A stretch of 21,772 bases of DNA from a virus: the IMG/VR virus record IMGVR_UViG_3300005828_000016, positions 1 to 21,772 of that record, one strand, 5' to 3'. Within the stretch, counting starts at the first letter, position 1, and the number at the start of each line of letters is the position of its first letter. Below are positions 1 to 7,540 of the stretch, one piece after another. A program made the translations under genes and the position numbers. Under the pieces are notes generated by a model. It was given only the letters and a program-made list of their open reading frames with translations. It was not told the DNA's origin and made no database searches.

Positions 1-120
1 ATAGCCAACTGATTTAGAGTTGTTGAATCATTCCAACCAACTGCCGCAACTCCAGGGCCAATAGCAACTGAACCTTCGCTTCCGGCTGATGCACCGTCAC
101 CGATAGCAATTGCATAGTTG
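1..120. repeat. Left copy of the exact 120-bp terminal direct repeat (identical to 21653-21772)
   Basis: Read directly: atagccaactgatttagag...attgcatagttg occurs at 1-120 and again at 21653-21772 with no mismatch. Confidence 0.95.
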
Positions 121-878
121 TTACTAACCATAGCCGCACCGATAGCAATTGAGTTTGCGCCTACAGCTTGGGCGTCAGCTCCAAGAGCTGTTGAGTATTG
201 TGCTGCTTTAGAGTTATAACCAATAACTACTGTATTTACACGAACTGCGTCGTCAGTTACTGCACTGTTACCGATTGTGATTGCGTTTGCAGCTCTGGCG
301 AAAGATGATGAACCAATAGTAATTGCAGAATCATCAGTCGCTTGAGAATAGTTACCAATTGCAACTGTTCTAAATGCTGTTGCCCAACAGTTTTGGCCAA
401 TAGCTACTGCTCTTGAAGCCCACGCTCTTGAACTTTCTTGAATAGCAACCGCTCTGTCTCCAGTTGCGTTAGCTGCCCAACCGATTGCAATACTTCTTTC
501 GTTTGTTGCGTCATTTGATGTACCAATAGCAATAGCCTGAAGTCCAGTAGCTTGAGCATCGTGGCCGAATGCAATACTTTGAGTATTTGATGCGTTCGCT
601 GGAGATGTAGTCAAATAATCAGCAGATTTCATTGAGTTAGTTCCAGTTCCTGGTACAACCCCAGGTACGCCTCCAGTTGGTAAACCAGAAACAGTTGCCG
701 CTGTGAAATCGATACTTCCTGAGAAGTCAATTGCATTTTGCGAAGCAGACATTGGTAAACCGTTTCCAGCTCCGTCTGTTAAAACCTTTTTTGTTACTGC
801 GTCTAATGCAGCGTTGTCTGTTGTTTTGATTAACCCAAGGTATGAAGTGTTAATCGCATTTCCTGTTAATGCAGCCAT
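1..878 (-). CDS. Tail fibre, N-terminal 292 codons of a junction-spanning gene, with YadA/Hep_Hag-like repeats
   Basis: ATG at 878 (MAALTGNAINTSYLGLIKTTDNAALDAV...). The frame is open to the left edge, so it is absent from the ORF track. It continues in frame from 21652 down to TAA at 21541-21543, giving 329 aa in total. It contains about 13 tandem ~14-aa units with an [SA][IV]A[IF]G core (SIAFGHDAQATGLQ, AIAIGTSNDATNER, SIAIGWAANATGDR ...). Confidence 0.7.
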   Translation of the reverse strand, partial: MAALTGNAINTSYLGLIKTTDNAALDAVTKKVLTDGAGNGLPMSASQNAIDFSGSIDFTAATVSGLPTGGVPGVVPGTGTNSMKSADYLTTSPANASNTQSIAFGHDAQATGLQAIAIGTSNDATNERSIAIGWAANATGDRAVAIQESSRAWASRAVAIGQNCWATAFRTVAIGNYSQATDDSAITIGSSSFARAANAITIGNSAVTDDAVRVNTVVIGYNSKAAQYSTALGADAQAVGANSIAIGAAMVSNNYAIAIGDGASAGSEGSVAIGPGVAAVGWNDSTTLNQLA

Positions 879-895
879 ATAATATTATTATTTAT

Positions 896-1249
896 TTAGT
901 TCCAAGTTCTTGTTTCAGCTTCCCAAAGATTGGTATTCAAACCCCAGAAGAATGATACAACTGGAGGTGCGGCACCAACTTCAGCCAAAGCCCACCACCA
1001 AGTTCCGTTAGTTGGATTGGTGATACCGTAGTAGTTTGCTAATGCAACAATCCAAGAACCGTAAAGTGGTTCAGTAATTCCGAAATAGTTACAAAGAGCT
1101 TGAAGCCAAGAATTATTAATTGGCTCAGTAACTCCTAAATATTCGCAATACGCCTGAATCCAAGAACCATTTGTAGGTTCTGTTACAGCTCCAGACGTTT
1201 GGTTGTACACATATTCTTGTACTGCGTTTGTTATGTCGTTTGAAATCAT
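896..1249 (-). CDS. 117-aa protein with four tandem 18-aa repeats; probable virion or fibre-associated protein
   Basis: ATG start. Repeats are VTEPTNGSWIQAYCEYLG, VTEPINNSWLQALCNYFG, ITEPLYGSWIVALANYYG and ITNPTNGTWWWALAEVG. It lies immediately upstream of the fibre gene. Confidence 0.75.
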   Translation of the reverse strand: MISNDITNAVQEYVYNQTSGAVTEPTNGSWIQAYCEYLGVTEPINNSWLQALCNYFGITEPLYGSWIVALANYYGITNPTNGTWWWALAEVGAAPPVVSFFWGLNTNLWEAETRTWN

Positions 1250-1264
1250 ATACTACTAAATATA
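1249..1264 (-). promoter_or_regulatory. Copy of the late-gene AT-rich motif TATATTTAGTAGTATA, abutting the ATG
   Basis: Minus-sense sequence is TTATATTTAGTAGTATATG. It differs by one mismatch from the 16-mers at 14771-14786 and 3584-3599. Confidence 0.3.
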
Positions 1265-1268
1265 ATTT

Positions 1269-1508
1269 TTACTTTGATTGTTTGCGCAATTGTACAATAA
1301 AATCAATTGCACCCTGAGTTCCGATGTAAACCATCGACAAATCAACCCAATCAGATGATTCAACTCTTCCGAATAATGCTAATGCAGTACCAATAGCAAA
1401 CACCATCAACTTTCTGCTGATGTATTTATTTAGTATTTCGTCTACTGCTGCTCTCACGGATAAAGTTGTATAATTTTTTAATGTTACGTTCTGTAGCTTT
1501 AGTTGCAA
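1269..1508 (-). CDS. Small membrane protein, holin candidate
   Basis: One clear hydrophobic segment (KLMVFAIGTALALFG) and a basic C-terminus. The track start at 1508 is TTG, and the first ATG would give only 45 aa (start 1406). The start is therefore uncertain. Confidence 0.5.
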   Translation of the reverse strand: MQLKLQNVTLKNYTTLSVRAAVDEILNKYISRKLMVFAIGTALALFGRVESSDWVDLSMVYIGTQGAIDFIVQLRKQSK

Positions 1509-2071
1509 TCGCCACAGTCGTTACATCCTTCGCATTTTTCATCATAGTATGATTTATATTTACGTGGAACTACTAATCCAGAGAAATATGCTGTACGTTT
1601 GTTTGGTAGCATACCGTCAGTTCCAGGATTTTGATAATCAGCAAACATTCCAGGATTATCTTTTAGATATTCCTTCAAACGCTGCATATAAAACTCAGCA
1701 GTATCTAAAGTAGATTGTCTGAGATATTTCAATTCATCAAGAGATGTTTGAGTAGATTCTTCTGAGCTTCCAGATAAAATACCTTTGTCAACAAATTTGT
1801 ATTTTAGAGAAGGCATCATTAGGTACAATGCATATTGCATCAATGTTGGGCCGATGTAATCGTTCAACAGTTCTTTCTCATCATTTGTTAGTGTTGCGTT
1901 GATGATACCGTTTTTAATAGTTGTGTAAAACTTTGTACCTAACGTATCTTGAATGTATAAATCCTGAGCCTGAAGAATGAAAGGTGCAATGTCTTCGGTA
2001 CGAACATTTGAATCCAAGTTCGTCCAATCTTTCAATCTTTGTTCAGAAACTAATAGTGCTGTAGCTGACAT
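1499..2071 (-). CDS. Head-tail connector-like structural protein with a Cys-rich C-terminal tail
   Basis: ATG at 2071 sits one base after the portal stop (TAATATG junction). The track start at 2110 would overlap the portal gene by 38 nt. The N-terminus (LVSEQRLKDWTNLDSNVRTEDIAPFILQAQDLYIQDTLG) resembles gp6-type connector openings. The C-terminus is KCEGCNDCGDCN. Confidence 0.6.
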   Translation of the reverse strand: MSATALLVSEQRLKDWTNLDSNVRTEDIAPFILQAQDLYIQDTLGTKFYTTIKNGIINATLTNDEKELLNDYIGPTLMQYALYLMMPSLKYKFVDKGILSGSSEESTQTSLDELKYLRQSTLDTAEFYMQRLKEYLKDNPGMFADYQNPGTDGMLPNKRTAYFSGLVVPRKYKSYYDEKCEGCNDCGDCN

Positions 2072-2072
2072 A

Positions 2073-3200
2073 TTATTGAGGTGTATTATTTGTTTCTTGA
2101 ATAGTATCATTTGACACTACAATAGCTGAAGGTTTGATTGTGAATGTTAAATTCCAACCCATCAACTTCAAAAGATAACCGTATGAACTCATAATCTTCT
2201 TTCTCTTTGGTTCGATAACAGTTCCTTCAAAGTGGCCGTACGCAACCTTTAGAGCTTCAGCATCTGATGAGAATCCAGTAGCTTCTTTAATACCCAACAA
2301 ACCTGGAGATGTTATTCTGTGAGATGTTAAAATTCTTGAAGTTATGCGCTCTTCGAGAACTACGTAATAATCATCGTTTGAATTTTCAATAGGTGTAACC
2401 TCCATTTCCTTTCCAGGTTCTGAGAAGCTCAAAAAGAATCTTCCAGCGTTATCCTCTCCAGAGAATGTTTGCTCAATCTCATTGTAAATATCTCTACGCT
2501 CTTCTGGAGTTGGTACACCGTTGCGGAATTTTATAAACATTGATGGCGCAATTCCCGAAGAAATGTTAGCGCAATGGAATCTCGATACTCTCATATCAAG
2601 AGAAATATCATTTAGAGCACCCACATATGATGGAAGTGGGTAGAAGTCATTTCCTGGAGTGTAGTTGTAACAGTAAAAAATCTGTGAAGCATTTTCTTTC
2701 TTGTTATCAGTTACATCAAAAGCTCTGTATGTTGTTGGTTGGTGTTTACGTACCTTTGCCCAATCTGAAGAATAGTAGTACTCTAACACTTCATCGTTCT
2801 CATCCATTTTACCTGAACGGATGTTTGCAAAAGGAATGTGATACAATTCTGCAATTCTGTTACCTTCTTTGTTCCAAATAACATTTAGTGTGAATCCTTG
2901 ATAAAGTGCATAGTCTAACGCAACCTTCTCAAATACTTCATTGATTGTCTCACCTTTTGTATTGATGTAATCATCACCTACGATTTCAATACCATCACCA
3001 ATGATACCGTCTTTAATCGCTTGGATTGCTGTGTGGTGAATTGCTGAACCATCATATAGTTCAATCAATTGCTGTGGGAATAGGTTATCAGAACCGTAGT
3101 AAACATATTCTTTACCTCTAACCTCTTTAACAGTTGGCAAATCAATTGCCTGGAAATTTCCGGATTTAACCGAATATAAACCTTCTGGAATGTGTCTCAT
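2073..3200 (-). CDS. Portal protein
   Basis: 375 aa. The N-terminal block YYGSDNLFPQQLIELYDGSAIHHTAIQAIKDGIIGDGIEI and the overall size match portal families I recognise. It lies in the head module. Confidence 0.7.
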   Translation of the reverse strand: MRHIPEGLYSVKSGNFQAIDLPTVKEVRGKEYVYYGSDNLFPQQLIELYDGSAIHHTAIQAIKDGIIGDGIEIVGDDYINTKGETINEVFEKVALDYALYQGFTLNVIWNKEGNRIAELYHIPFANIRSGKMDENDEVLEYYYSSDWAKVRKHQPTTYRAFDVTDNKKENASQIFYCYNYTPGNDFYPLPSYVGALNDISLDMRVSRFHCANISSGIAPSMFIKFRNGVPTPEERRDIYNEIEQTFSGEDNAGRFFLSFSEPGKEMEVTPIENSNDDYYVVLEERITSRILTSHRITSPGLLGIKEATGFSSDAEALKVAYGHFEGTVIEPKRKKIMSSYGYLLKLMGWNLTFTIKPSAIVVSNDTIQETNNTPQ

Positions 3201-3203
3201 ATT

Positions 3204-3563
3204 TTAATATTGTGGGCGGTAGTATTGTGTCGCCTCTTTAGTTTCATTATCACTAACGTATTCAATGGAACCGTTCGAACCACCTTCTTCAGTGATATAC
3301 TTTAGCAAACCTCTTTCTAATACGATTCCATCTTTCTGAACTTCGTAGTTGTAGATTGCGTTAATGTGTTCTAACCTTTCGGCTGCGTCAATGTCAATCT
3401 CAAACTCTGAGTATCTGTCATTACTCTCAATTGGTGTCAAAATCCAAGCGTATACATTCTTGTTATACTGTGATTGAATCGCCAAAATGTGTTGAGTGTT
3501 CAAATTGGGTGTATTGAACGAAACTCTGATTGAGGTTGCATTTTCTGGTATATAAAGTGTCAT
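3204..3563 (-). CDS. Hypothetical structural-module protein (119 aa)
   Basis: ATG start. It is the first gene after the terminator at 3617-3648, and it ends 3 nt before the portal start. No motif recognised. Confidence 0.7.
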   Translation of the reverse strand: MTLYIPENATSIRVSFNTPNLNTQHILAIQSQYNKNVYAWILTPIESNDRYSEFEIDIDAAERLEHINAIYNYEVQKDGIVLERGLLKYITEEGGSNGSIEYVSDNETKEATQYYRPQY

Positions 3564-3583
3564 ATATTGTAAAACAATGTATT

Positions 3584-3599
3584 TATACTATTAAATATA
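3584..3599 (-). promoter_or_regulatory. Copy of the late-gene AT-rich motif TATATTTAATAGTATA
   Basis: Identical 16-mer to 14771-14786. It lies 20 nt upstream of the ATG at 3563, downstream of a terminator, and is preceded by CTTTTTTA-N16. Confidence 0.35.
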
Positions 3600-3616
3600 G
3601 TTTTTAGGTGTATTGT

Positions 3617-3648
3617 AAAAAAGAAGGGTACCCATTTCTGAGTACCCT
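3617..3648 (-). terminator. Rho-independent terminator after the tail-tube gene
   Basis: Minus-sense AAGGGTAC-tcagaaatgg-GTACCCTT (8-bp stem) followed by CTTTTTTAC. Confidence 0.7.
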
Positions 3649-3664
3649 TTTGAAGATATAGAGA

Positions 3665-3680
3665 ATCCTAAATTTAGGAT
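3665..3680. repeat. Perfect 16-bp palindrome ATCCTAAATTTAGGAT
   Basis: Read directly. It lies 2 nt downstream of the tail-tube stop codon and upstream of the terminator. Confidence 0.8.
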
Positions 3681-3682
3681 GA

Positions 3683-4198
3683 TTACTCTACGATAGTTCC
3701 AGTAACTTCGTACATTGGAGAAGCTTCCAAACCAGAGATTGTGATTTCATATCCTGATTTATCACCATATGCTGTTCCCGATGTAACGGTAGCAGATGTA
3801 GTGTATGCACCTCTTTCCAAACCAATACTCCAATATTTACCATTGTTGTCTTTTGCAACAACAACCATCGAAGTAGCTTCAGCCATCAACAAAAGTTGAT
3901 TTCTTTTAGCAGCTTCCATTTTGTTAAACATCATTGTAACGCTCTGCTCATATGTAACGGTTCCGTTCTCTTGAGAGATTGTAACGTTTTCATTTGCAGT
4001 AGACGTTTGTCTTGGAGTTTCAAATACGAAGAAATCAGATGGTGTCAATGCGGCGCCGCCTACAGTGATTGCAGTAACAACACCGTTGGATTCAGTAATT
4101 GATTCAGTCGGTCCGTTGGCGATAAAGATTTTTTCAATACCACCTTGAGAATCGTTACAATCAAGGGTGAAACCAGAAGTAATGTTTGAACAACTCAT
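3683..4198 (-). CDS. Major tail (tail tube) protein
   Basis: 171 aa. The pattern C..D..GGIEKIFIA ... FVFETPRQT ... ENGTVTYEQSVTMMF.K ... VVVAKDNNGKYWSIGLERG ... SGYEITISG matches siphovirus tail-tube families as I recall them. It is flanked by hairpins, which fits a highly expressed gene. Confidence 0.55.
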   Translation of the reverse strand: MSCSNITSGFTLDCNDSQGGIEKIFIANGPTESITESNGVVTAITVGGAALTPSDFFVFETPRQTSTANENVTISQENGTVTYEQSVTMMFNKMEAAKRNQLLLMAEATSMVVVAKDNNGKYWSIGLERGAYTTSATVTSGTAYGDKSGYEITISGLEASPMYEVTGTIVE

Positions 4199-4223
4199 AT
4201 TAATTTCTTTTTATTTTGTTAAA

Positions 4224-4248
4224 GTGAGAGGGCATTGTACCCTCTCAC
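4224..4248 (-). terminator. Strong hairpin between the capsid and tail-tube genes; partial terminator or mRNA stabiliser
   Basis: GTGAGAGGG-cattgta-CCCTCTCAC, a 9-bp perfect stem. On the minus sense it is followed only by TTTAAC, a weak U-tract. Confidence 0.45.
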
Positions 4249-4269
4249 CTAAAGTTTTTGAATGGCTAA

Positions 4270-5178
4270 TTATGCCAAATCGTTTGTTGCGAACACATTT
4301 ACTTGGTGTACCGCAACGCCCAATCTCCATTTTGCAATGAATTTAACAACATCCTCACCTTTGTCGAAGTAGAAAGACATAGAAGAAGCGTCGTCTTGAA
4401 GTCCAGTTCCTGCAACTACGAAAGCTGAAGGTCCAGCGAATACGTAATCAGAACCTACCAAACCAGAAGATTTAACGATAGTACAGTTAGTACCAGGAAG
4501 TTCGATTGAAGTACCGTCACCTTGATTGTAGTAGTAACCGTAGTTAGAAGCAACCAAAGCTCTACGAAGTAGGTTGAAGTATGAAGGAGACATAACCATA
4601 ATTAGGTCTTCTCTGTCTTTTACTGATTCGTCGATAGCGTCGAATAGGTCAAGAGCTTGGTCTACAGCAGTAGCAACAGTCCAAGCGGCAGAGCCAGAAG
4701 GTACATTTGCACCGTTAGCTCCAGTAACTTGAGCTTTGATACCAGGAGTTGTACCAGGGATAGCGTCAGCTAAATCACCGTTGATTAGGAAGTTCTCGTT
4801 GTACTTCTTGATACGCTCAACGTAGTATGAAGCGATAACTTCTTCAAATGGAACTGATTCTTGGTCAGCAGCAGCAGACATTCTCTGAGACAACCAATAT
4901 TGGCGTAGGTCTTCAGGGCAAAGCTCCATTTTAGTTTGTTTGTCAGCGATTGTGATGTTTACTTGAGAGAAAGAAACGTCTCCAGAAGGATTCCAACCGC
5001 AAGAAAGGTCAGCAACGTCAAGGTCGCCATCCATTAGGTTGATAGCTACAGTTCCAGCTGACAAACCCGAGCGAACGTCGATTTTGTCCATCAAATCTGT
5101 AGTCAATACAGCTTTAGCAATCAATTCCAATGATAGCTCATCTGTATACGTAGATAGTGCGTTTAGGTCAAATGCCAT
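4270..5178 (-). CDS. Major capsid protein (HK97 fold)
   Basis: 302 aa. It has N-terminal LSTYTDELSLELIAKAV and the FEEVIASYYVERIKKYNENFLINGD block typical of HK97-type capsid proteins. It directly follows a scaffold-like gene. Confidence 0.8.
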   Translation of the reverse strand: MAFDLNALSTYTDELSLELIAKAVLTTDLMDKIDVRSGLSAGTVAINLMDGDLDVADLSCGWNPSGDVSFSQVNITIADKQTKMELCPEDLRQYWLSQRMSAAADQESVPFEEVIASYYVERIKKYNENFLINGDLADAIPGTTPGIKAQVTGANGANVPSGSAAWTVATAVDQALDLFDAIDESVKDREDLIMVMSPSYFNLLRRALVASNYGYYYNQGDGTSIELPGTNCTIVKSSGLVGSDYVFAGPSAFVVAGTGLQDDASSMSFYFDKGEDVVKFIAKWRLGVAVHQVNVFATNDLA

Positions 5179-5200
5179 AATACAATTAATTTAATTTAGT

Positions 5201-5791
5201 TTATTTTTTGCCTTTGCGTAAAGCGATTAGAGCTTCAATACGGTTATCAGCGATTGATTTTTTAGTTGCAGCCTCAGCAGCAAAAGTGTTACGAACTGGA
5301 GCAGCTCCTGGTTCGTCAGCGATTTTGTTGAATCTTTCAGAGATTGATTCAAACGAATTTTGTAGTGATGTAACTGATTCTTGGTACGGTGCCAAAAGTG
5401 CAGCAATCTGTGTTAGCAATTCCTCAGCGTCAAATGTCTCAGTCATAGCAGTCTCAGATGGAGCAGCTTCTGGAGCAACAACTTCAGCCGCCGGAGCGTC
5501 TTCGATTGCTGTGATTTCTCCGTTCATACCAACAGTAATCAATTGGCCATCAGTAGTCTGATGCATACCTTCAGGAGCAAAAGGAGCGTCACCTTCTTCA
5601 ACGGCAATGTAAAGAATTGCACCTACAGCTAATTCGCCTTCAGTGAATACTTTTGTACCGTCTACCAACTCAGCTTCCGCCATTGTGATAGGTGTCTCTT
5701 CTACAACTGGAGCGTCTACAACAGGAGTTGATGTTGTGTCTTCAGCACCCAACATAACTCTGATTTTAGTAATAGCTTCGTTTACAGTCAT
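5201..5791 (-). CDS. Scaffolding protein
   Basis: 196 aa, acidic and Ala/Glu/Pro-rich with a helical, basic C-terminus (IEALIALRKGKK). It lies immediately upstream of the capsid gene. Confidence 0.6.
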   Translation of the reverse strand: MTVNEAITKIRVMLGAEDTTSTPVVDAPVVEETPITMAEAELVDGTKVFTEGELAVGAILYIAVEEGDAPFAPEGMHQTTDGQLITVGMNGEITAIEDAPAAEVVAPEAAPSETAMTETFDAEELLTQIAALLAPYQESVTSLQNSFESISERFNKIADEPGAAPVRNTFAAEAATKKSIADNRIEALIALRKGKK

Positions 5792-5817
5792 TGTATAAAA
5801 GTTTATTTAATAGGTTT

Positions 5818-5843
5818 AGAACCTATGATTAAATATAGGTTCT
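5818..5843. other. 9-bp-stem hairpin in the intergenic gap upstream of the scaffold gene
   Basis: AGAACCTAT-gattaaat-ATAGGTTCT. There is no U-tract on either strand, so I do not call it a terminator. Confidence 0.5.
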
Positions 5844-5860
5844 TGAAATACTGACAAAAG

Positions 5861-6211
5861 TTACTTTATTGCTTCTGATATGAACTTTATAATAATTGCA
5901 AAGGTTGCAGAGTATAAAATCCAAAGAGCTTTGGTAACTCCTGATTTCCAATCTTTCAGTTTGTCTAATTCGTGAATCTGTTGTTCGTAAAATGGAAGTC
6001 TTGATTCGCGGTCTTTTCTGAAATCCGTATTTTTGTTGGTTTCGACAATCAAACCATTTTTAGGATTCATTAGTAATTCTTTCAGTTCTGATACGTCGTT
6101 CTTTATTTCTTTGAAGTTCGCATCCATCCTTTTTAGTTCGCCGTTAGGTAAACCTTTTTTGATGAGTTTCAGTTCTTCGAGAATTTGTCTGTTGATGTCT
6201 TCTTGGCTCAT
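5861..6211 (-). CDS. Coiled-coil protein with a C-terminal membrane anchor (XhlA-like?)
   Basis: 116 aa. It has a charged helical N-terminal part (FKEIKNDVSELKELL) and a C-terminal hydrophobic segment (ALWILYSATFAIIIKFI). This architecture recalls the PBSX XhlA lysis-associated protein. ATGA overlap with the upstream gene. Confidence 0.6.
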   Translation of the reverse strand: MSQEDINRQILEELKLIKKGLPNGELKRMDANFKEIKNDVSELKELLMNPKNGLIVETNKNTDFRKDRESRLPFYEQQIHELDKLKDWKSGVTKALWILYSATFAIIIKFISEAIK

Positions 6212-7539
6212 ATCGCTTTAGTCACTTTTTCAATGAAGTTTCCAGCGATTGAGAAACCTCTCAGCTCACCACTTTTAATTGCATTCCAAGTTTCTTGGTT
6301 GTTGATTTTATAGCTCACCATCCAAGTTCCTACTGGAACATCAAAGCCGTACAATTTGGATTTGTCATATGTTTTGTCTTCAACAATCCAACTCTCATAA
6401 AGAGTATTTTCGTTCTTGACATCATCGTTGTGGTTAATATCCGTATTGTGGGCTTTGTTTTCCTTTAGAAACTTCTCAGCAATATTTCTAATTGTCTCTT
6501 TCGAGAAGAATACGTGAAATGGATTACCCATCTCATCTTTGCGAAGTATCAACACATTTGGTGTCATAGCTGGGCCTACGATGATTTGTTGTTCATCAAC
6601 AGCTGACATTCTCCAATGGTTGTTTGAGTTTGATGCAATTTCTCCAGCTCTTCCAGATGCAGCACCTCGAGAAATCATAATGAATTCGCCTTCGGCACCT
6701 CTAAATACTGATAGTTCTTCCCAATAGTGTTTGCAGTTAACACCGCCTTTGAAATTGAACAGTGAATATGCTTCTGACGGTCTGTGTCTGAATCCAGTAT
6801 TTATACGTTGAGACATTGTATCAATCTCTTCTTTCGTATAAACTTTATTTAATCTCTGCATTGCTTTACAGAAGTTACGTTCAGCCGGAGGCCCAGAGTA
6901 GCGGAATTTTGTTTCTGGTTTCTCATCCTTCTTTACGTTTCTTCCAAGAATGTCAAGAGCTGCGACACCTTTTAGGTAATCACCAATGTTTGCAAAGTTG
7001 GCTTTGGTACCGTCAATGATGTATGTTGTCTCTGAATTGTAGTACTCACCAAATTCATCTGATTGAGCCAATTCAAGGATTGCCATCTCTTCCCATTGTT
7101 TTACCATTCTTTCGCTCCAAGAGAGTGCAGCCTCTCCGCCCCAAAGTAGATATGAGATTGTACCACAGCTTTCAGTATCATTTGAATCATAATATACTGC
7201 AGCTCTTGAAAGGTACGAATACATTCTCTTTACTGTTTCTTCTGAGATTGGTTTTCCTTGAGCTAACTGTTGTGCTCTAACTTTACCAACCTGAGTTGCG
7301 CATTTGTTACCAACTTCTTCGTTTAATCTAATACCTCTTTCGGCAGCATCTTGAATACCTTGAGGGTAATCTGTGATTGATGCGAACGCTTCCAAATCTG
7401 AACCGTCTTCCTCTTCTTCAGAGAATGCCATCCAATCAATACCAATAGCTGGGGTTTTTACCAAAGACATAATGTCAACACCTAAACCTTCAAATTCAAG
7501 TTCGTCAACATTTATTAGTAGTTCTACAATTTTATTCAT
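6208..7539 (-). CDS. Head maturation protein: XkdF-like protease interrupted by or fused to a ~270-aa module with a Mu F/gp7-like Cys-His motif
   Basis: The N-terminus has VDIMSLVKTPAIGIDWMAF. The C-terminus has IVGPAMTPNVLILRKDE...TDINHNDD...ESWIVE...GTWMVSYKINNQETWNAIKSGELRGFSIAG, matching the XkdF/Peptidase_S78_2 pattern as I recall it. The middle carries FCKAMQ...FKGGVNCKHYW and GKVRAQQLAQGKPISEETVKRMYSYLSR...LWGGEAALSW. Confidence 0.7.
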   Translation of the reverse strand: MNKIVELLINVDELEFEGLGVDIMSLVKTPAIGIDWMAFSEEEEDGSDLEAFASITDYPQGIQDAAERGIRLNEEVGNKCATQVGKVRAQQLAQGKPISEETVKRMYSYLSRAAVYYDSNDTESCGTISYLLWGGEAALSWSERMVKQWEEMAILELAQSDEFGEYYNSETTYIIDGTKANFANIGDYLKGVAALDILGRNVKKDEKPETKFRYSGPPAERNFCKAMQRLNKVYTKEEIDTMSQRINTGFRHRPSEAYSLFNFKGGVNCKHYWEELSVFRGAEGEFIMISRGAASGRAGEIASNSNNHWRMSAVDEQQIIVGPAMTPNVLILRKDEMGNPFHVFFSKETIRNIAEKFLKENKAHNTDINHNDDVKNENTLYESWIVEDKTYDKSKLYGFDVPVGTWMVSYKINNQETWNAIKSGELRGFSIAGNFIEKVTKAI

Positions 7540-7540
7540 A

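Noticed and set aside
1-120. The 120-bp end repeats interpreted as LTR-like or transposon ends
   Set aside because: They are direct repeats lying inside a continuous coding sequence (the fibre gene), which is what a linearised circular or permuted assembly looks like. They are not element boundaries.
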